Shown here: positions 1 through 13,237 of the stretch, piece after piece
Layout: the number at the start of each line of letters is the position of its first letter
Numbering within the stretch: position 1 is the stretch's first letter
Origin: Isurus oxyrinchus
Lineage: Eukaryota
Direction: 5' to 3'
Length of the DNA stretch: 64,000 nt
Assembly: GCA_026770705.1 (NCBI GenBank)
Contig: JANJGN010000035.1
Location: 7,998,001-8,062,000 of the forward strand
The notes under the pieces: model-generated
Seen by the model: the letters and a program-made list of their open reading frames with translations, nothing else
What the model was told of the DNA's origin: nothing
Databases searched by the model: none
Made by a program: the position numbers and the translations under genes

Positions 1-99
1 ATGCTAGCCTTATCGGCGATGACCACTTTACATGCTTTTTTATTTCAGGTATGAGCATACCTTTGCAGCTAGTTTCACTTTGGTTTATGTGAAGTTGCA

Positions 100-1255
100 A
101 AGAAGATTGATGAAGTTAATGCAGTGTATGTGGTCTGTATAGATATAAAATTCATGTGATAAAGTACTGCACAACAGACTTGGGGTCGGGGTGGGTACAA
201 CAGATTGTGCAATCAAAGGGACAGTCACGAAACCAAAACTCAGCAGGCATATTGTCAGGGAAAAGTGCAGTGGTATTTTTTTTTCTTTTGCTTACTTATC
301 ATTCTGATATGAATACGAAGGCAAAGGCCTTCGAATACCTACTACTTTTGGTATGCATTAATATCATAGAATTTTGCCGAGAGTCACAAATTCACAAATG
401 GAGATTCAGAAAAAACTTGCTAACGCTATAAAATGTGAGAAAGGTAGTACTAAAATAAGAAGGGCATAGAAAGGCGGGTGCAAAACTGGCGGATGAAATT
501 TAAGGTGGCTAACTATAGAATAATTCATTTTGGGGCAAAACATTATAGCGGCAGTATGAAAAAAAATGCCTCAAGCGACTGAATGCTCAGAAGGGCTTCA
601 AGATAAATGTAAAGATCAGGGGAGATGGCAAGCTAGATTGAGAGTGATGTTATTGATAGCTACAAAATCCATTTTAAATATTGGCCTGTAGTATAAAAGC
701 AAGTGAGTATGATAGGCATCATTGTAACAGTGTTTCCGCAACAAATATATAGTTTTGTCCATTTATACAAAACACATTTGAAGCCGGTTGCACTGAAAGG
801 TGTGCAGCGAAAAATGTAAGCAAGCTTATCCACAGATGAGGAAATGCAGTTAAATGGATAGATTGTGGAATCTGGGGAGGAATGCAGAAGGAAAGTTTCC
901 CTTGAGATTTGACATGTTTCATCATAATGTGTAAAGATTCAATAGAGATTTTTTCCTCCATTGATGAAATGGCAGAGAAAACGAGGATTCAGAATGAAGA
1001 TGGATAATGAAAGGAGATTTTTTTTAAAATGTGCAATGGGCAGTTAGTATTTTACTTATGCTGCCTGAGAAACTTGAGACGATGCAATCCACGGTGGTAT
1101 TCAAAAGAGGTTGCATCATCAGCTGATGTGGACAAAAACAGAAAGCTACAGGGAAAAGACAAAACGTGGCAAATGTACATTGATCTTGCAGAGAGAAAAC
1201 AGGGGCAACGAAGCAAATAGCTCATATTCTGCCGTATATATTCCATGAATCCATG
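100..1255 (+). mobile_element. Old CR1 LINE, 3' half of ORF2 (RT) plus 3' tail, heavily decayed
   Basis: 105-180 reads as a decayed DEGNAVDVVYMDFxKAFDKVPH RT motif (gatgaagttaatgcagtgtatgtggtctgtatagat...tgataaagtactgcac); ends in a CR1-like tail (ttccatgaatccatg) near 1255. Confidence 0.6.
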
Positions 1256-1744
1256 GCTTCACTCACCTGGCCAAATGCTATGAACGACTGTACAGTAGAT
1301 ACACAAGCCTCAACCCCGTTTTCAGCACACTGATTTGAAAAATGTTGAACAGTCGCAGTTCTGTATTTAATTTCATGTTTTGACAAAACTCATTTTTCAA
1401 GAATAAATTAATTCCTTCTAAGCACTATACCGTATATCCAATACTTGATTGTCGAAATGTATAAACAGGACCAATTGAAGTGTAGAAAAAAGTAACTGAC
1501 AGGAGAGATGTTGAGTTAATGTTCACCTTGGCTGGGCACTCTAGTAAACGGCCCATGCATTCATAATAACGTCTTACCAATTAAGCATTGTTGACCTATT
1601 GCATGTCTTAATTCATGTGTGTCATATCCAAAGCTTCACAAACTCAGGAATATTAATCCCTTTCACTGTTCCCGAACAATGTCCAATCTTACGATCCCAT
1701 CTCTGCACCATCAATATCCCATCTTCTGCTACCGCCGCGGAGGC

Positions 1745-2000
1745 TATGGCAGAGACCCAGAGTAATGGTGTGAAGGCCAGAGTTCATATACTGCCACGGC
1801 AGAGAGTAGAATCTGAATTCAATCAAAATCTGTAAATTAAAGTCTAATGATGACTATGAAACCTCTGTTCATTTATGTTAGCACCTAACTGGTTCACCAA
1901 TGTCCTTTAGGTAAGGAAATCTGCCTCCTTTCCAGGCCTGGCCAGCATGTGACCCCAGAACCACAGTAATATGGTTGACTGTAAAATGGCCTCGCAACCT
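1745..2000 (+). mobile_element. tRNA-type SINE head/body (SacSINE1-like) forming the 5' end of the downstream LINE
   Basis: ctggttcaccaatgtcctttaggtaaggaaatctgc (1889-1924) matches the reverse complement of the SINE copy at ~62445-62482; related copies at ~43600 and ~60880. Confidence 0.65.
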
Positions 2001-4156
2001 ACTCATTTGTTTCAAATCGCTACAAAGACTCAAAAAAGATATCATAAAGGATGTAAGACCCGACATTTACCGAGGAACCATCGGAAATGAGAACGGCCTG
2101 TCCACCCTACAAAGTCCTCTTTACTAACATCCGGGATTAGTGCAATAATTCGGAGAGCTGTCAAGCAACAGCCTGACATTCTCAACAGCAAGGAATTATT
2201 CTCAACAGAAAATGTCACAAATTCCAACATCTTCATTCCTGGTTATGCCCTGTCCCACTGGCAGAACAGGACCATCAGAGGTGGCAGCACAGTGAGATAC
2301 AGCAGAGAGGAAGTTCCCCTGAGAGTCCTCAAAATTGACTCCCGAAACCATGACAGGTCATGACTCAGGTCAAACATCGGTATGATAATTCCTGCTGATT
2401 ACCAGATGCAGCACAACCTCAGCTGACATATCAATGCTACCCCATGTTGAACATCAGTTGGAGGAAGCAATGAAGGTAGCAAAGGCATAGGATCTACTCT
2501 GGTTGGGGGACTTCAATGTCCATCACCAAGGGTGGCTCAGTAACACCTTTACTACCTGAACAGTACGAATCCTAAAGGGAAAGGCTGCTAGACTGGGATT
2601 GTGGTATTAGTGAGGGAACTGACAAGACGGAAACACATACTAGACGTCATTCCCAACAAGCTGCCTGCCATAGATCTGTCGGTCCATGAAAGTATGGGTA
2701 GATTTGACCACTGCACACTTATTGTGGAGACATCGTGTATAGCCATCATCATGTTGTGTGGCACTGCCGCCGTACTAAATGGGATCGATTTCAAACAGAT
2801 CTATCAGCTGAAAGCTGGACATCCATGATTCGCTGTGGGTCATATTCAGCAGCAGAATTGCTCTCGATTGCAATTTGTAACCTCATGATCTGAAGTCTCC
2901 CCCACAGTAACATTACTATCAAGCAAGCGGATGAACACTGTTTACATGAAGAGTGTCACTAGGCAAGCCAGGAGCAGCATACTGAATACCCGAGAACGAT
3001 ATATGAACCTGGTGAAGCTATAATACAGGGCTACTTTCGTGTTAATCAGCATGGAAACAAGTGACAGGCAATGTTAAGCAAACCCACAACCAACCAATGA
3101 GTATGAAATAAGATCTGCAGACCTGTCATGTCCAGGCATAAATGTGGAGGACAATTAAACAATTCACTGGGGAAGAGGCTCCACGTGTCTCCCTGCCTTC
3201 AATGATGGAAGAGCCCAGCAGAGCACTGCAATAGAGAAGGCTGAAACATTCGCAACAAGTATCAGCCAGAAATGCAAAGCTTGAGATTCAACTTGACCTC
3301 CTGCAGAGGTCCTCAGCATCACAGATGCCAGTCTTCAGACAATTCGATGCAATCCACATGATATCAGGAAAGGTTTGAAAGCACTCTTACTGCAAATGCT
3401 AAGGGCGTTGACAATATTCCGGGCAATACTTCAACAGACATGTGTTCCAGATCCCTTCCCATCCCGAGTCAATCAGTTCCAGTACAGGTACAAGACTGAC
3501 ATGTATGCAGCGTTGTGGAAAATTGCCCAAGCATACCCAAAAAACATGACAGATCTAAACGTGACTTTTCCGACGCATAAGCATACAGCCAATCATTAGT
3601 AAAGTCACAGAAGGGGTCATAAACAATGCTATCATGTCGTACTTGTTCAGCAATAACCTGCTCACTGATGCACAGTTTCTATCCTTCGGAGCTACTCAGT
3701 TCCTGACCTCATTACAACCTTTTGTTCAAACATGTACAAATGAACTGAACCACTGAGGTGATTTAAGAATGACTGCCCTTGACATCAAGTCAGCATTTCA
3801 CCGACTTGTCGCATTAACGTGCCCTACCAAAGCTGGAGTCAAAGGGCTTCAGGTGAAAACTTATCAGCTTGTTGCAGTCATAACTAGAACAGAGGAAGAT
3901 GTTGGTGGATGTGGTAGTTCAGTCACCCCAGCTCCAGGTCATCAGTGCAGTTGTTCCTCATGGTAATGTGTGAGCTGCAACCATCTTCTGTAGCTACATC
4001 AATTACCTCCTTTCCTGCATATGGTCAGTATTGGTTGTGTTCACGGTGATTGCACAGTGTGCATCACCATTCGCGACAGTTTAGGTGCTCAAGCAGCCTA
4101 CATCCAACTGTAGCAAAATCTGGAAAATAAATAGGCTTGTGCTGACTATTGACAAG
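2000..4156 (+). mobile_element. CR1/L2-clade LINE ORF (APE endonuclease + RT), decayed, 3'-truncated at a Penelope insertion
   Basis: KVLFTNIR (~2110), WLGDFNVHH (~2500), ILDV...GRFDH (2601 ORF, endonuclease SDH motif), MTALDIKSAFHRL (3769, RT). Confidence 0.85.
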
Positions 4157-6298
4157 TTACAAAACCAAAAATAACTGGAAAAACTCAGCAGTTCTGAAAG
4201 CATCTTCGCCGAGGCATACAGTTGACGTTTCGAGTCCCTGTGACCCTTCATCAGAATTAAAAATATAGAAATGAGATGAAATATATGCTTGTAGTGGGGA
4301 GTTGGTCTGGAGGAGCTCGTTAGGGGGCCAGTGAGAGGTGGAGGCCAGGAAGAGGCTAACAAACATGTCAGAGATAAAAGGACAATGCGGTGTTCACGGT
4401 GGCAATATTTTCCCAAGGATGTCGAAATGGGATCATTGAGGTGGCAAGCAGGGCCAGCTAGTGGCAGATGGCGTGGGGTGGGGGGAATGGATCGAAATCG
4501 GCTAAAATACAACAGATCTAAATAAGTTAAGAAGTAGGTGGAAAAAGAAAAATATATTTGTTTAAAAAAATAAAATAATTTGATAAATGGGGTCAGACAG
4601 GGGCTGAGGAAGGAGGAGAGATTTCATGATCTAAAATTTTTGAACTCAATATTCAGTCCTGAAGACTGCAAAGTTCTTTGACAGAACATGATGTGTTGTT
4701 CCTCCAGTTTGCTTTGTTCTTCACTGGAACATTGTAGCAGGCCATGGATGGGCATGTTGGCATGATGGTAGGGTGGTATGTTGAAATGGCAAGTGGCAGG
4801 GAGGACTGGGTTATGCTTGCAGATAGACTGAAGTTGATCGATAAAATGGTCAACCGATCTACGTCTGGTCTCTGCAATGTAGTAGAGCCCACATTGGGAG
4901 CAGCCAATGCAGTAGACTAAATTGAGGAACATTCAAGTAAAGCATTGCTTCACTTGAAAGGAGTGTGTGGGCCCTTGGACGGTGAGGAGGGTGAAAAAAT
5001 TGGGCAAGTTTTGCACCTTCTGCATTTGCATAGGAAGCTGCCATGGGAAGAGGTTGCCGTGTCATGAGTGATGGAGGAGTGGACCAGTGTGTTCAGGAGG
5101 GAACGATCCCTGCAAAAAGCAGCCAGGAGGTGTGAAAGGAAGGAGTGTATGGTGCTTGCAAAATACTGGTGGTTGCGGACATGGTGGAGTGTGGTACTTT
5201 GAATGCTGAGGCTGGAGGGGTCATAAATGAGGACAAGGGAGACCCATTCATGTTTCGGGGTGGGAGAAGAAGGTGTGAGTGCAGATGCCCGGCAGAAGGG
5301 GCGTACATGGCTGAGGTACACGTCAACCGCGGTGTTTGGAAATCATTGGTTATTGAAGAAGGAAGGCAAGTCAGAGTGAACTGTTTTGGAAAGTGGCATC
5401 ATCTGAACAGATGCGAGGGAGGCAATGGAGCTCTGGGAAAAGGATGGAGTACTTACAGGAAGCTGGGTGTGAGCAATTGCAGTGGAGGTAGGTGTGGGAT
5501 TCGCTAGGCTTTTACTGAATATTGGTGGACAGTTGATCACTCGAAATTCTGACAGAGGGGTCAAGGAACGGAATGAAAGTGTCAGTGATGAACCACGTGA
5601 AAATGATGCAGTGGTGGAAATTAGAAGCAAAATTAATAAATATTTCCAGATCCAGGCATGAGCATTAAGTGGCACAGAAACAGTCATCAATGCACCAGAT
5701 AAAGAGTTGTGGGTGGGGGCCAGTGTAGGGCTGGAACAGCGAATGTTCCATTTACCCAATAAAGAGTCAGTCATAACTGGGGCTCATGCGTGTACCCATG
5801 GGCACACATTTTATTTGTAGGAAGTGAGACGAGTTTGAGGAAAAATTGTTCAATGAGAGAACAAGTTGAGCCGGACTGAGGAGAGTAGTGATGGATGGGG
5901 ATTGTTAGGGCCTCTCTTTGAGGAAGAAGTGGAGATCCTCCAGAACGTCCCGGTGGGAAATGGAGGTCTCGAGGTGTTGGGCGTCCATGGTGATGAAGAG
6001 TCTATTGGGGCCAGTGAAGTGGAATTGTTGTTATGATGTATGATGTCAACGGAATTGCTGATGTAGGTGGGAAGAGATTGGACATGGTGAGAGAGAATGG
6101 AGAGAAGATAGCAAGAATCGAGTTTTGTCGGGTTGGAAGAGGCTGAAACTACCTGTGTGCCGGGGCTGTCCTTTTTTGTGGATCTTAGGTAGAGGGTAGA
6201 AGCAGACCATATGAAGTTGGGAGCCTATGGATTTGGACACTGTGGAGGGAAGATCTCCGGGGTAAATGAGGTCAGTGTCAGTCCTGGAAACAATGGCA
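4157..6298 (-). mobile_element. Penelope-like element (RT + GIY-YIG endonuclease + pseudo-LTR), 5'-truncated and decayed
   Basis: Minus ORF 4624-4932 LNLVYCIGCSQCGLYYIAETRRR...GLNIEFKNFRS; RT remnants (FYPLPKIHK ~6190, MGTRMSP ~5790, CIDDC ~5690); terminus shared with other copies. Confidence 0.9.
4220..4258 (-). ncRNA. Minimal type I hammerhead ribozyme motif in Penelope pseudo-LTR
   Basis: Minus strand aatt-CTGATGA-A-GGGTC-acagg-GACTC-GAAAC-GTC-aact: conserved CUGAUGA/GAAA/GUC core, 5-bp stem II, palindromic ACGU stem III. Confidence 0.7.
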
Positions 6299-6899
6299 CT
6301 AGGGACTAATAATTGAGCAACCTAATCAGCCTCGTCCCCTTAGTTTCCCAGTGCATCGATTTTCGGCCTCTGTAAGATACTGAGCTAGTTTCCTGTGAAA
6401 TTCTCCTGTGCACAGATTTCTTTGGTTTGGAGTCTTCCTCTGGTCTTCTGAATTCATGTTGAATCTGAATCTATCACCGATTCTTATATGCCTATGATGA
6501 TTTCATTGAAAAGTGCGGAAATATCAGTATCTGCTTATGGTGCTTTTTCCACTTCTCTCACTCTCTACCATTTTCCCCAACCGAAGATGGAGCACACTGT
6601 TATATCATATCGAACATTGTTGTCAGACATACTGACACGGGTTGTATTGCGGCTGTTTGACGTACAGTCCACTGTCCAGCAGATGAATAATGCCAGAATT
6701 CTGCGATTTCATTCCAACACTTCCTGGATCTTAATGGACAGCATCTCCGTTGGAATCTAAAGTGACATGGGTCCCAAACTCAAAGATTCTTAAGTCTGCC
6801 TACTTCTAAATTTTTGTCATTACCCACGCACAAAAGCATGACTGTAGAGCCAGATTCAACAGTTCACACTGCAGTTCTGTCTCAGTTATGACATTTTGT

Positions 6900-8320
6900 T
6901 TGTTTCATTACATTTTCTCTCCCCTTGTCCACTATATTCGCACAAACTTCCTGGACTCTACTAGGACCATTCATCATTTTAATAGTTTAAATTCATAGGC
7001 CTTAACCATTTCCTTGTCAGTATAGACTGTCAATCTTTATCTGCACTTACATTCTTCATAAGGATGGCCCGGTTGCTGAAATATGTTTAATTGAAATGCG
7101 ACTAATTCTCTACTCGCACTATACACTTTGAGAACTTTTATTTTAATTTTTACTCCTTTACTCTAATAACTTGCTCCCAATGAAAGGTGCCGCTATGGGA
7201 TGCCCCAATGGTTTATAGGTCTGCTTGTCTTTCTGGAATATGTGGTAATATTCACTGCTGAAGTCATGTTCAGTTCCCACCTATCACCCCAGAAACTATT
7301 GTTTTGATGGGTATATCTCTGCTGTTTCCTGTTCTTACCCAGGATATAAATTAACCTAGAGACTTGTTGCTAACTTTTTATTCTCTTCCATCACTTGTCA
7401 TCAACGATATCACGCTTTGCCCTTCCGCTCATTTATGTTCCTAACTCTGTATCTGATGCAAAACAATCCACCGATATCTATAATGAACCTTTTCTCCCCT
7501 ATTGCTATTTCAGCTATTCTTCCTCAACTCTTGTAATTCTGTTTTAATCCATTAATCCATCGGCCAGTTCTGTGCAAGCAAATACTCATAAAATCATGTC
7601 TGACATATCTTCCTTTAAGCTGATCTGGTGGTCACTCCTGGAGGGTTGACATGGCCCCTCCACCTTCTTCATTCAATTTCCCGCTCTAATTAGCCACAAC
7701 CGACCACACCCAAAACACTCCTTCCTTTATAATTAAGCCAACACAGCCTTCTTGTTCAACTGGTCAAGTCTTGCGAACTCATCCAGATTGAGGCCATATC
7801 AGCCTGAAACCTAAGATTACATTGCCTCACATTTCATCATTCTAATGGTATCGTGTTATATTCGAAAGATGGTCCTCTGCTTTACCATATGCAACAATCC
7901 CTTCACTTCTGACAACAATTTCCATGCATGTTCAGCATATGTTGAATCCGCAAATTTGTGTTTTTCACTTTTAAATTCTCGAAACATTCCTTCCAGATGT
8001 GGATCTCAATGAACATTTTTCCTCTGGAGTTTGTAACAATATTGGTTCAAACAATAATCTCCATTACATCAGCAGAAAAAAAGAATAATACTACATTGGG
8101 GGGGGCACTTCCACTCAGTTCATAAAAATGACCACTGAGGTTCTAGTCAGTTATAATATTAATGCTCCATTGCACTCACACACTAACCAGACATCCCCCA
8201 GTGTTCTGCATTGTTTACAAGTTGCTTCAGTAACCATGAGGAAGACAACTTCACCACTTGATTGAGGCTACCAACCTTCTGGGCTCAACAGGTAGTTATA
8301 AATTCAGATAATTACATATT
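6900..8320 (+). mobile_element. Ancient Penelope-like element remnant
   Basis: KGAAMGCP-like RT motif at ~7180-7205; decayed GIY-YIG C-terminus (caaccttctgggctcaac...aaattcagata) at ~8270-8310. Confidence 0.55.
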
Positions 8321-8669
8321 TCCCTATTTCTTGTTTGTTCAGTCGGTCATTTTCTATGGCAGTTGCTGTTACTAGCTATTTAACTTTCCCCACTAACTGT
8401 TGTAACTGGCGCCTTGTTTTTTTTTTTTTCTTCTCGCTTCAAAAATCTATATGATATAAAAAAAATAAAACATATCTGCGTCATTTAGTCTACTCAAACG
8501 TTCCACAAGATAGCTGATCATTTACTCCAACTCCACCTTCATTAAAATTCTGCCCCACCTTTCGCTTAGTTAATACTAAGTCCTATTGGCCTTTATATGG
8601 TATATTCAACGACTGAACACCCATTGCGTTTATCACTTGAGGTCCTCAAAGAGCCACAACCCTCAAAGT

Positions 8670-8828
8670 AAAGAAACAAAAATTGAAAATGCTGGAAAAC
8701 TCAGCAGCTCTAGCAGAATCTGTGGAGGGAGAAACAAAATTAAAATAAACCTTTTTAAGAGCTGAAGAGAAGTGGCATTAATACTGTTAAAGAGGGTTTG
8801 GGACAGGTGTGGCTGGATAGAAGGCCAG
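8670..8828 (-). mobile_element. Penelope 3' terminus, left part of a copy interrupted by the ERV
   Basis: aaatgctggaaaactcagcagctctagcagaatctgtggag matches the pseudo-LTR of other copies; continues at 15866. Confidence 0.7.
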
Positions 8829-9216
8829 TGTTAGGGAGGATTTAAGGCAGTTAATCTGGAGTCAGAGGATGGCAATAGCATAGATAAATTGTGCTCTTCA
8901 GCAGATAGGGGAAGGAAAGATGGTAGCAGCTTAGGTAGGAAGGCAGGTTTCTGCCTGAGTGAAGGTCGAGTCAAATGTTGCATGCACCTTTGTACCAGAG
9001 ACATGTCTGTTCGATGTAAACCTATATGCTAATGAGATCGAAATCTGGCAGCTGTTCGTCTATGTAACCAATCATGTATAAACATGATGGCAACTTGTAG
9101 CTTAGTAGAATACTGTCTGAAGCTGCATTGAGATGGTGTCCTCCTCGCAATCTCTCGAATAAACTATCGTAACCTGTTCCTACGACACCTGTTGTCCGTT
9201 CATTAAAACCACAAGA
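8829..9216 (+). repeat. 5' LTR (U3 partly deleted)
   Basis: Starts TGTTA; 8856-9216 aligns to 15498-15865; AATAAA at ~9158; ends accacaaga versus accacaaca. Confidence 0.9.
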
Positions 9217-9222
9217 AGAATT

Positions 9223-9240
9223 TTGCGTAGTCGGAAGGAT
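9223..9240 (+). promoter_or_regulatory. Primer-binding site, tRNA-Ser
   Basis: TTGCGTAGTCGGAAGGAT matches 16/18 of TGGCGTAGTCGGCAGGAT, the complement of the vertebrate tRNA-Ser 3' end; 6 nt after the 5' LTR. Confidence 0.85.
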
Positions 9241-9739
9241 ACTTGGATCGGATCCTCAGGACGGTTCTGCAAAGTGGGGGAGTATTTTTATTTCCCACCC
9301 GTAGTTAATGTAGTTGGCCTACCGGAGAATGGTCTGGCCCAGTATCAAAGAATCGACAGCATGACTCAGGACGGGAGATAGGAGGCACCAGGGGTAAAAG
9401 GCGGCGCCTTGCTGGCGGGATTGCGGGGCCAAAGCCGCACAGGAACACCAAACCATTAACCAGTTGAGAGGAGGCGGACCCCTGCTTGTGTGGTTACGGT
9501 TTACAATATAACCTTAGCCAAAGGTGCGCAAGAAGACCAAACCCCAGTGAGAGGAAGCGGAGCCATGCTGGCATGCTTAACATTGGAAACAAAACTTCAG
9601 CCAAAACTGCCCAGGAAGGCCAGACCCCGCTTAAGCAGCACATACATAATTCAGGTAAATACGTTGTTAGGACCATGCAAAAGTATTTCGCACAGAGAGA
9701 TGAAACAAACAGGAATTAAATGCTGTCAGGGAAACCAAA

Positions 9740-10810
9740 TTGTGGCATGGACGTCGACTGTGGACCAGCGGTTCCATTACGAGCTTTTCACCGGAACAAC
9801 AGTCAAAAATAATCACTAAAATACAGAAGGGGAGGTGGAAGCCAGAGGGAATCCATGGTGAACAAACCCAGTGGTGGTTAGACCAAAAAAAGGATAAGGA
9901 AAAGAAAGGGGTAACGGTTGTTACAACATTACACCTACAGTTGTGCAGAAGGGTTAAGTCTAAATTCCAGTTCATTAGAGAGAGAGAAACAAAGTCTTAT
10001 CCAGGACATATGTGGACAATGGCGGCAGCAACCTGCAGGGACACTGATCTAGAGGTGGGAAGCTCCCAAAGAGAAACTTATGATGTAGGTTTGGTAGTTC
10101 AGCCCTTATATGAAGCAACAGCCCCATTATTCTCATTGAATCCCATGACACCTTTGACAATAATCCTTATGATAAGAAAAGTCAGGAAAGGCAAATTGAA
10201 ACGCAAAGGGATAAAGGGGGCTGTGGAATAAGTCGTGTGGGAAGGGGGTGGGTGGATAAAGAGATTGAGAGTGTGACGGAGAATGTTAAGGAAGAACAAT
10301 TGAGCCCGGTGGAGAAACAGGTTCTGCGTAAAGAACCGCTGACGCATAAAATTCGTCATAGCAACCCAGATTTTTGGATCAAACTGTGGGAAATGCAATT
10401 TTTCCATGCAATGCACCCCCTCGATATTCACGTATTGGTGAAGGCGAAATGCACAGGGGATATTTGGGGAAGAATGCGCCAATGTTTAAGAGTGATGACT
10501 GGACGAATCCTGAGGACGCCCAGGGCCGGGAGAGGGCGACAGACGTGCACAGGGAGTTTGAGGGAGCAGTAAATGAATCCTTGGGCGAGAGAGAAATGAA
10601 CCTGCAGTCGATAAATTCACGTGCAGAATGAGAGATGTACTGAAAATATGGAAACATGTTTGTGACACCAACTTCCGCTACAGAATTTTCTGTAACTTAA
10701 AAGAAAATTAAGTGATCTAAGTTACAAGAGCTGCGTGTGCTGAGGAGCAAGAGAGGGAGATAGAAAGAGGAAAAGAAGGGTACCCCTGGTGAGGAAAGAA
10801 GAACGGACAT
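9740..10810 (+). pseudogene. gag: Decayed gag-like region
   Basis: Overlapping plus-strand ORF fragments (9740, 10237, 10374) join by frameshifts into a protein-like sequence (NPDFWIKLWEMQ...DIHVLVKAKC...DWTNPEDAQ); assigned by position, no diagnostic motif. Confidence 0.5.
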
Positions 10811-12499
10811 GCAGCAGCAGGGGAAATGTGAGCTTTTGTGAGTTTGTTTATCGTTATAAGTGGATCATTCAAGATCCCTTTATTTTCCTCACTGCCGTTT
10901 GATGTTTTGTTTAGAATGCCAGTTTTAAGTCGTTAAGGATACAGGAGTCTAAATACTTACCTGGAAAATAATGATTGTTTGTTTGCAAGGAAGCAGTCGT
11001 AAGTCAGCTTTAAACTGCTTTTTTCCGTAAATTGCCATTTCTGTTTGTAGTTCAGTTTTTTACGGTTTAAAAGCCCCATGTTAGATTAAAGGGAAAGTAT
11101 AGTAAACATTGTAAAGTTTTCAGTACAAGATTTGAGTTAAGATTTCTGGCAAACATCGTAATTTAAATCGTGACTTAAAAAAAGAAAAAAAAAACAAGGC
11201 TTGCCTTTGTTTGAGATGAGCCAACACTTGTGCCACTCCCTTGAAGACTAGTAAGGAAAAACCCTCATCATCATCCTCCAAGTTGAATGGGATTGATATA
11301 TACACTTAACATTAAGTCATTCGAGTTAGTATTCGAAAATTCCGTGGAGAAAACATTACCTTAATTTGAAGGGATTGTAGTGAAACCAAAAGATATATAC
11401 TCAAGGTTTTGGTGGGTCCAATGATTAAAAGGGATTTCTTATGAAGAGATGAATTAGATTTGAAAGGAAATCAGAATCCCAATTGCACTGCTTTTTGAAG
11501 TTGGGACAAGACTTGAGGTGTAAAATGCAATGCAGTTTAGCCAGTTACTTTTGAATCATTAGGATGCTATCTCAGATAAAGAATGTATCGATAAGCATAT
11601 GGGAATTATAACTCGGATACAAATCAATACACATGAGGAAGAGGTTGTTCTAATTTTGGTAACGTAAATAACATTTCTTAAAATGTTTAAAATTTGAGAT
11701 TAAGTTCGTGAGCAAGTTATAAAAATGAAATTTTAATTTTAAAAGTTTTGGCAGCAGTTGGCACACATTCAAATGCTGCAAGCTTTTGTATTTGTAAGTC
11801 AGTTCACAAAATATGAAGCTAATGTCAAGACCTAGACAAAGTTTGGCAGAAATCAAATTTATGGCCGAGTTAATGAATTTAGGATAATTCTAAAGGAAAG
11901 GGTCAAACACAATTTTCTGGGTTACTTTTGAGACAACAAAATATTTGATGGAGAAGTAAATCATGTCAATACCTGATTTCTGTTTTGAAAACTTTTATCA
12001 GAATATTTTCTTTATTTTAACGTCTCGACAGGCAACCAGAATAGATAAGATGGTAGCTGTTGCATGCATAAAATAGTATGAGGCAAGTAGGAGAATGAGT
12101 TAGGGAAAAAGGACCCACTATGCAAACTTTTTTAGGAAAGTGAATGTGATAATCTGGCTATCAACCGAGAAACTGGAAACGGAGGAGGAGGTAAGCAAAG
12201 ATCTAGAGACAGAGTTCCTCATTGATACGAAATAGTTAATGTTGCATAAAGAGCAAGGGAACATCATAAACGATCAAGGCAATACATAAAGTGAAATCAA
12301 TAGAATATTAGGATGGTCATGGTCCGGCAAATAAAACTTAGAGGTAAAACTACGTGGAATCTAAAGTCCAGGAATTGAAGAATAATGAAAATAATACATA
12401 ACAACAATTTACCACAAGAAGGATAAAGGTAAAGCTTGAAAAAGGCTAAATAGTTGTAATATTGTTTGTATTAATGGGCCTGCGTGCTAAAAAAAAAAT

Positions 12500-13205
12500 G
12501 TAAAATCACAGGATTAATACCGTGACGACAAGCAGAGTTATGCTGCTCCCAAAGAGTACTGCCACTGGAAGTGGTGATACTGAGCCACTGAAAGATAACA
12601 TAAGAACGTGCATTTGGAGTTGTTTTTAATGAATTGAGTTCTCACATGAGACAGCAGCAGGAAAGAGTAAACTGGAAGGAAACTGGGTACCTGCCCAAAT
12701 GGATTCAGATCAAGGAAAACATTTCAAAGGAATAGCCATTAACGAAATGAACAAATTTGAATATAAACATAAAGTCTTCATTCCCTACCAGCCACAGATC
12801 TCGGGATGTTGGAAATGATAAAATTAACATAAAATAGGAATTCGGGAGACAGGAAACAGGCCCGTATTCTGATGCGCCTTAGGGCCACCCTAAGCAGAAC
12901 CAACAGGTAAACCCTTGTTGAAATATTGACATGGAGAGCAACGCACTTACCCGAAGGAATCATAGTGGCCGTGGGAGATGTAGGACCGCGAAAAGGAAGG
13001 ATGCAAGACTATGTGAGGGAAACAAATAAGCAATTCTGTGAGTTAAGGAAGGAAGTCAGGAACCGACAGGTGATTAAGGACATGGAAACAGGGAAATCCA
13101 ATGAGTAACAATAGACCATAAGAGGTAATTAAGACAGGTGATAGATGTGCACTTTTGGATATGATAACGAGAAATAAATTGAGGCATTACACATAGTTAA
13201 AGATA
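12500..13205 (+). pseudogene. Retroviral integrase remnant
   Basis: WVPAQMDSDQGKHFKG (~12685-12730), a decayed HIPYxPQSSG.VE motif (~12780-12820) and a C-terminal P*EVIKTGDRCALLD (~13115-13160). Confidence 0.8.
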
Positions 13206-13237
13206 CGTGACAATTGACCATGTGGTAACCGGGAAGA

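Noticed and set aside
35-56. ttttttatttcAG|GTatga as a recursive splice site
   Set aside because: Single short motif at the window edge with no gene context
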